Positions 62,586 to 64,000 of a stretch of 64,000 nucleotides of DNA are shown one piece after another; positions within the stretch are counted from its first letter, which is position 1, and every line of letters starts with the position of its first letter. Location of the stretch: contig CAWKIV010000019.1 of NCBI GenBank assembly GCA_963849885.1, positions 7,517 to 71,516 of the forward strand, read 5' to 3'. The translations under genes were made by a program, and so were the position numbers. The DNA is from an uncultured Actinomycetota bacterium (lineage in GTDB: Bacteria; Actinomycetota; Actinomycetes; Mycobacteriales; CADCTP01). The notes beneath the pieces are model-generated. The model did not search any database, had not been told where the DNA came from, and saw only the letters and a program-made list of their open reading frames with translations.

Positions 62586-64000
62586 GTGACAGTCTCGTCC
62601 AGCTCTGTGCCCGGTGCAGCCGCATCGCCCGAATCGTCCACTTCGGACCCGAAGCGGTGGCTGGCGCTGCTGGTGATCGGGGTCGCCCAGCTGATGGTCG
62701 TGCTCGACGCGTCCATCGTGAACATCGCGCTGCCGTCGGCCCAGCGTGACCTGGGCATCTCCGACGCCGACCGGCAGTGGCTGGTGACCGCGTACACGCT
62801 GGCCTTCGGCGGGTTGCTGCTGCTCGGCGGGCGGATCGCCGACTACTGGGGCCGCAAGCGGACCTTCATCGTCGGCCTGCTCGGCTTCGCCGGCGCGTCC
62901 GCGCTCGGCGGCATCGCGTCCACGGCGGGGCTGCTGTTCGCCGCCCGCGCGCTGCAGGGCGGCTTCGCGGCGCTGCTCGCCCCGGCCGCGCTGTCGCTGA
63001 TCACCGTCACCTTCACCGAGACGAAGGACCGCGCCCGCGCCTTCGGCGTGTTCGGCGCGATCGCCGGCGGCGGCGCCGCCATCGGCGTGATCCTCGGCGG
63101 CGTGCTGACCGAGTACGCGTCCTGGCGCTGGTGCCTCGGGGTCAACGTGCCGATCGCGATCGCGACCGCGTTCGCCGCGGTGCCGGTGCTGCGGGAGAGC
63201 AAGGCGCCCGGCAACACCCGCTACGACGTGCCCGGCGCGGTGCTGGTGACCCTCGGCCTGGTCTCGCTGGTGTACGGCTTCACCGAGGCGGCCAAGCCGC
63301 AGGTCGGCTGGGACGCGCCGAGCACCCTCGGCTTCCTCGCCGCCGCCGTCGTGCTGCTGGTCGCCTTCGTGGCCTGGGAGGCTCGCACGGCCAACCCGCT
63401 GCTGCCGCTGCGCATCGTGCTGGACCGCAACCGCGGCGGGTCGTACCTGATCTTCCTGCTCGTCGGGGCCGGCCTGTTCGCCATGTTCCTGTTCCTGACG
63501 TACTACTTCCAGGTCAACCTCGGCTACAGCGCGCTGCGGTCCGGGTTCGCGTTCCTGCCGTTCAGCGCCGGGATCATCGGCGCCGCCGGCGTCGTGTCCC
63601 AGCTGCTGCCCCGCACCGGTCCCAAGCCGCTGATGGTCGGCGGCCTCGCCCTGGCCACCGCCGGGATGCTCTGGCTGACCCAGATCAGCTCGGACAGCAG
63701 CTTCGCCTCGCACGTGCTGCCGGCCGAGCTGCTGATGAGCGTCGGCATGGCCGGCGTGTTCATCCCGGCCGCGAGCACCGCGCTGATCGGCGTCGGCTCG
63801 CACGACGCCGGCGTGGCCAGCGCCCTGCTCAACACCGCCCAGCAGGTCGGCGGGTCGCTGGGCACCGCGCTGCTCAACACGCTGTACGCGTCCGCGGTGA
63901 CGGCCTACCTGGCCGCCAACGTCCGGCAGCCCTCCGACGTGCAGGCGCTGCAGGGCGAGGCGCTGATCAGCGGCTACCAGGTGGCCTTCTTCTGGGGCGC
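62586..64000 (+). CDS. DHA2 (EmrB/QacA-type, 14-TM) MFS efflux transporter, partial (runs off the right edge)
   Basis: The ORF is absent from the track because it has no stop in the window. AGGAGA plus GTG 62586. LLVIGVAQLMVVLDASIVNIALPS, LLGGRIADYWGRKRTF and many TM segments are present. Confidence 0.88.
   Translation, partial: MTVSSSSVPGAAASPESSTSDPKRWLALLVIGVAQLMVVLDASIVNIALPSAQRDLGISDADRQWLVTAYTLAFGGLLLLGGRIADYWGRKRTFIVGLLGFAGASALGGIASTAGLLFAARALQGGFAALLAPAALSLITVTFTETKDRARAFGVFGAIAGGGAAIGVILGGVLTEYASWRWCLGVNVPIAIATAFAAVPVLRESKAPGNTRYDVPGAVLVTLGLVSLVYGFTEAAKPQVGWDAPSTLGFLAAAVVLLVAFVAWEARTANPLLPLRIVLDRNRGGSYLIFLLVGAGLFAMFLFLTYYFQVNLGYSALRSGFAFLPFSAGIIGAAGVVSQLLPRTGPKPLMVGGLALATAGMLWLTQISSDSSFASHVLPAELLMSVGMAGVFIPAASTALIGVGSHDAGVASALLNTAQQVGGSLGTALLNTLYASAVTAYLAANVRQPSDVQALQGEALISGYQVAFFWG

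Overview
Very GC-rich, non-mobile chromosomal segment with actinobacterial features (Micromonospora/Streptomyces-like): third codon positions are almost all G/C, GTG starts are frequent, neighbouring genes overlap by 4 nt (ATGA/GTGA), and several genes look leaderless. I support about 60 protein-coding genes. There is no rRNA, no intact tRNA, no CRISPR array, and no recognisable integrase or transposase.

Layout:
- 1-17 kb: a patchwork of small accessory genes. These include a SagB-type tandem nitroreductase, YciI, pckG, SPFH, a lipid kinase, DUF1697, PadR, a beta-lactamase-family lipoprotein, an APH-type kinase, an ArsR/CDF metal-efflux pair, GNAT, and alpha/beta hydrolases. Gene relics are scattered among them: a tRNA-Ala/tmRNA-type 3' half, a 46-codon P450 N-terminus, a deleted YcnI, and a 66-bp paralogous fragment.
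- 17-35 kb: an LLM-hemerythrin fusion, a GT4 glycosyltransferase, a gene pair sharing a C-terminal domain (one member has a five-fold Asp/Ala/Gly-rich repeat), an ATP-dependent DNA ligase, a triply frameshifted S1 protease, an AceE-like thiamine diphosphate (TPP)-dependent enzyme coupled to YnfA, GH5, an F420-type LLM oxidoreductase, a secreted vanadium-haloperoxidase-like protein, and DUF2252.
- 35-40 kb: a four-gene translationally coupled operon, divergent from a MalT/LuxR-type regulator.
- 40-44 kb: a ferric-iron ABC importer with an IdeR-like box.
- 46-57.4 kb: a maltose/maltodextrin cluster (malR, then malEFG, GH13, MsiK-like ATPase, alpha-glucosidase, and an extra degenerate ATPase).
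- 57.4-64 kb: DUF4032, a DivIVA-domain protein, an enoyl-CoA hydratase / orphan binding protein / ACC deaminase operon, and a DHA2 MFS pump that runs off the right edge.

The window is unusually rich in short GC-rich tandem repeats, both intergenic and in-frame, and in perfect palindromes at divergent promoters.

All calls come from reading the ORF translations and the DNA by eye. Start codons are best guesses, and family names are recognition-based, not search-verified.
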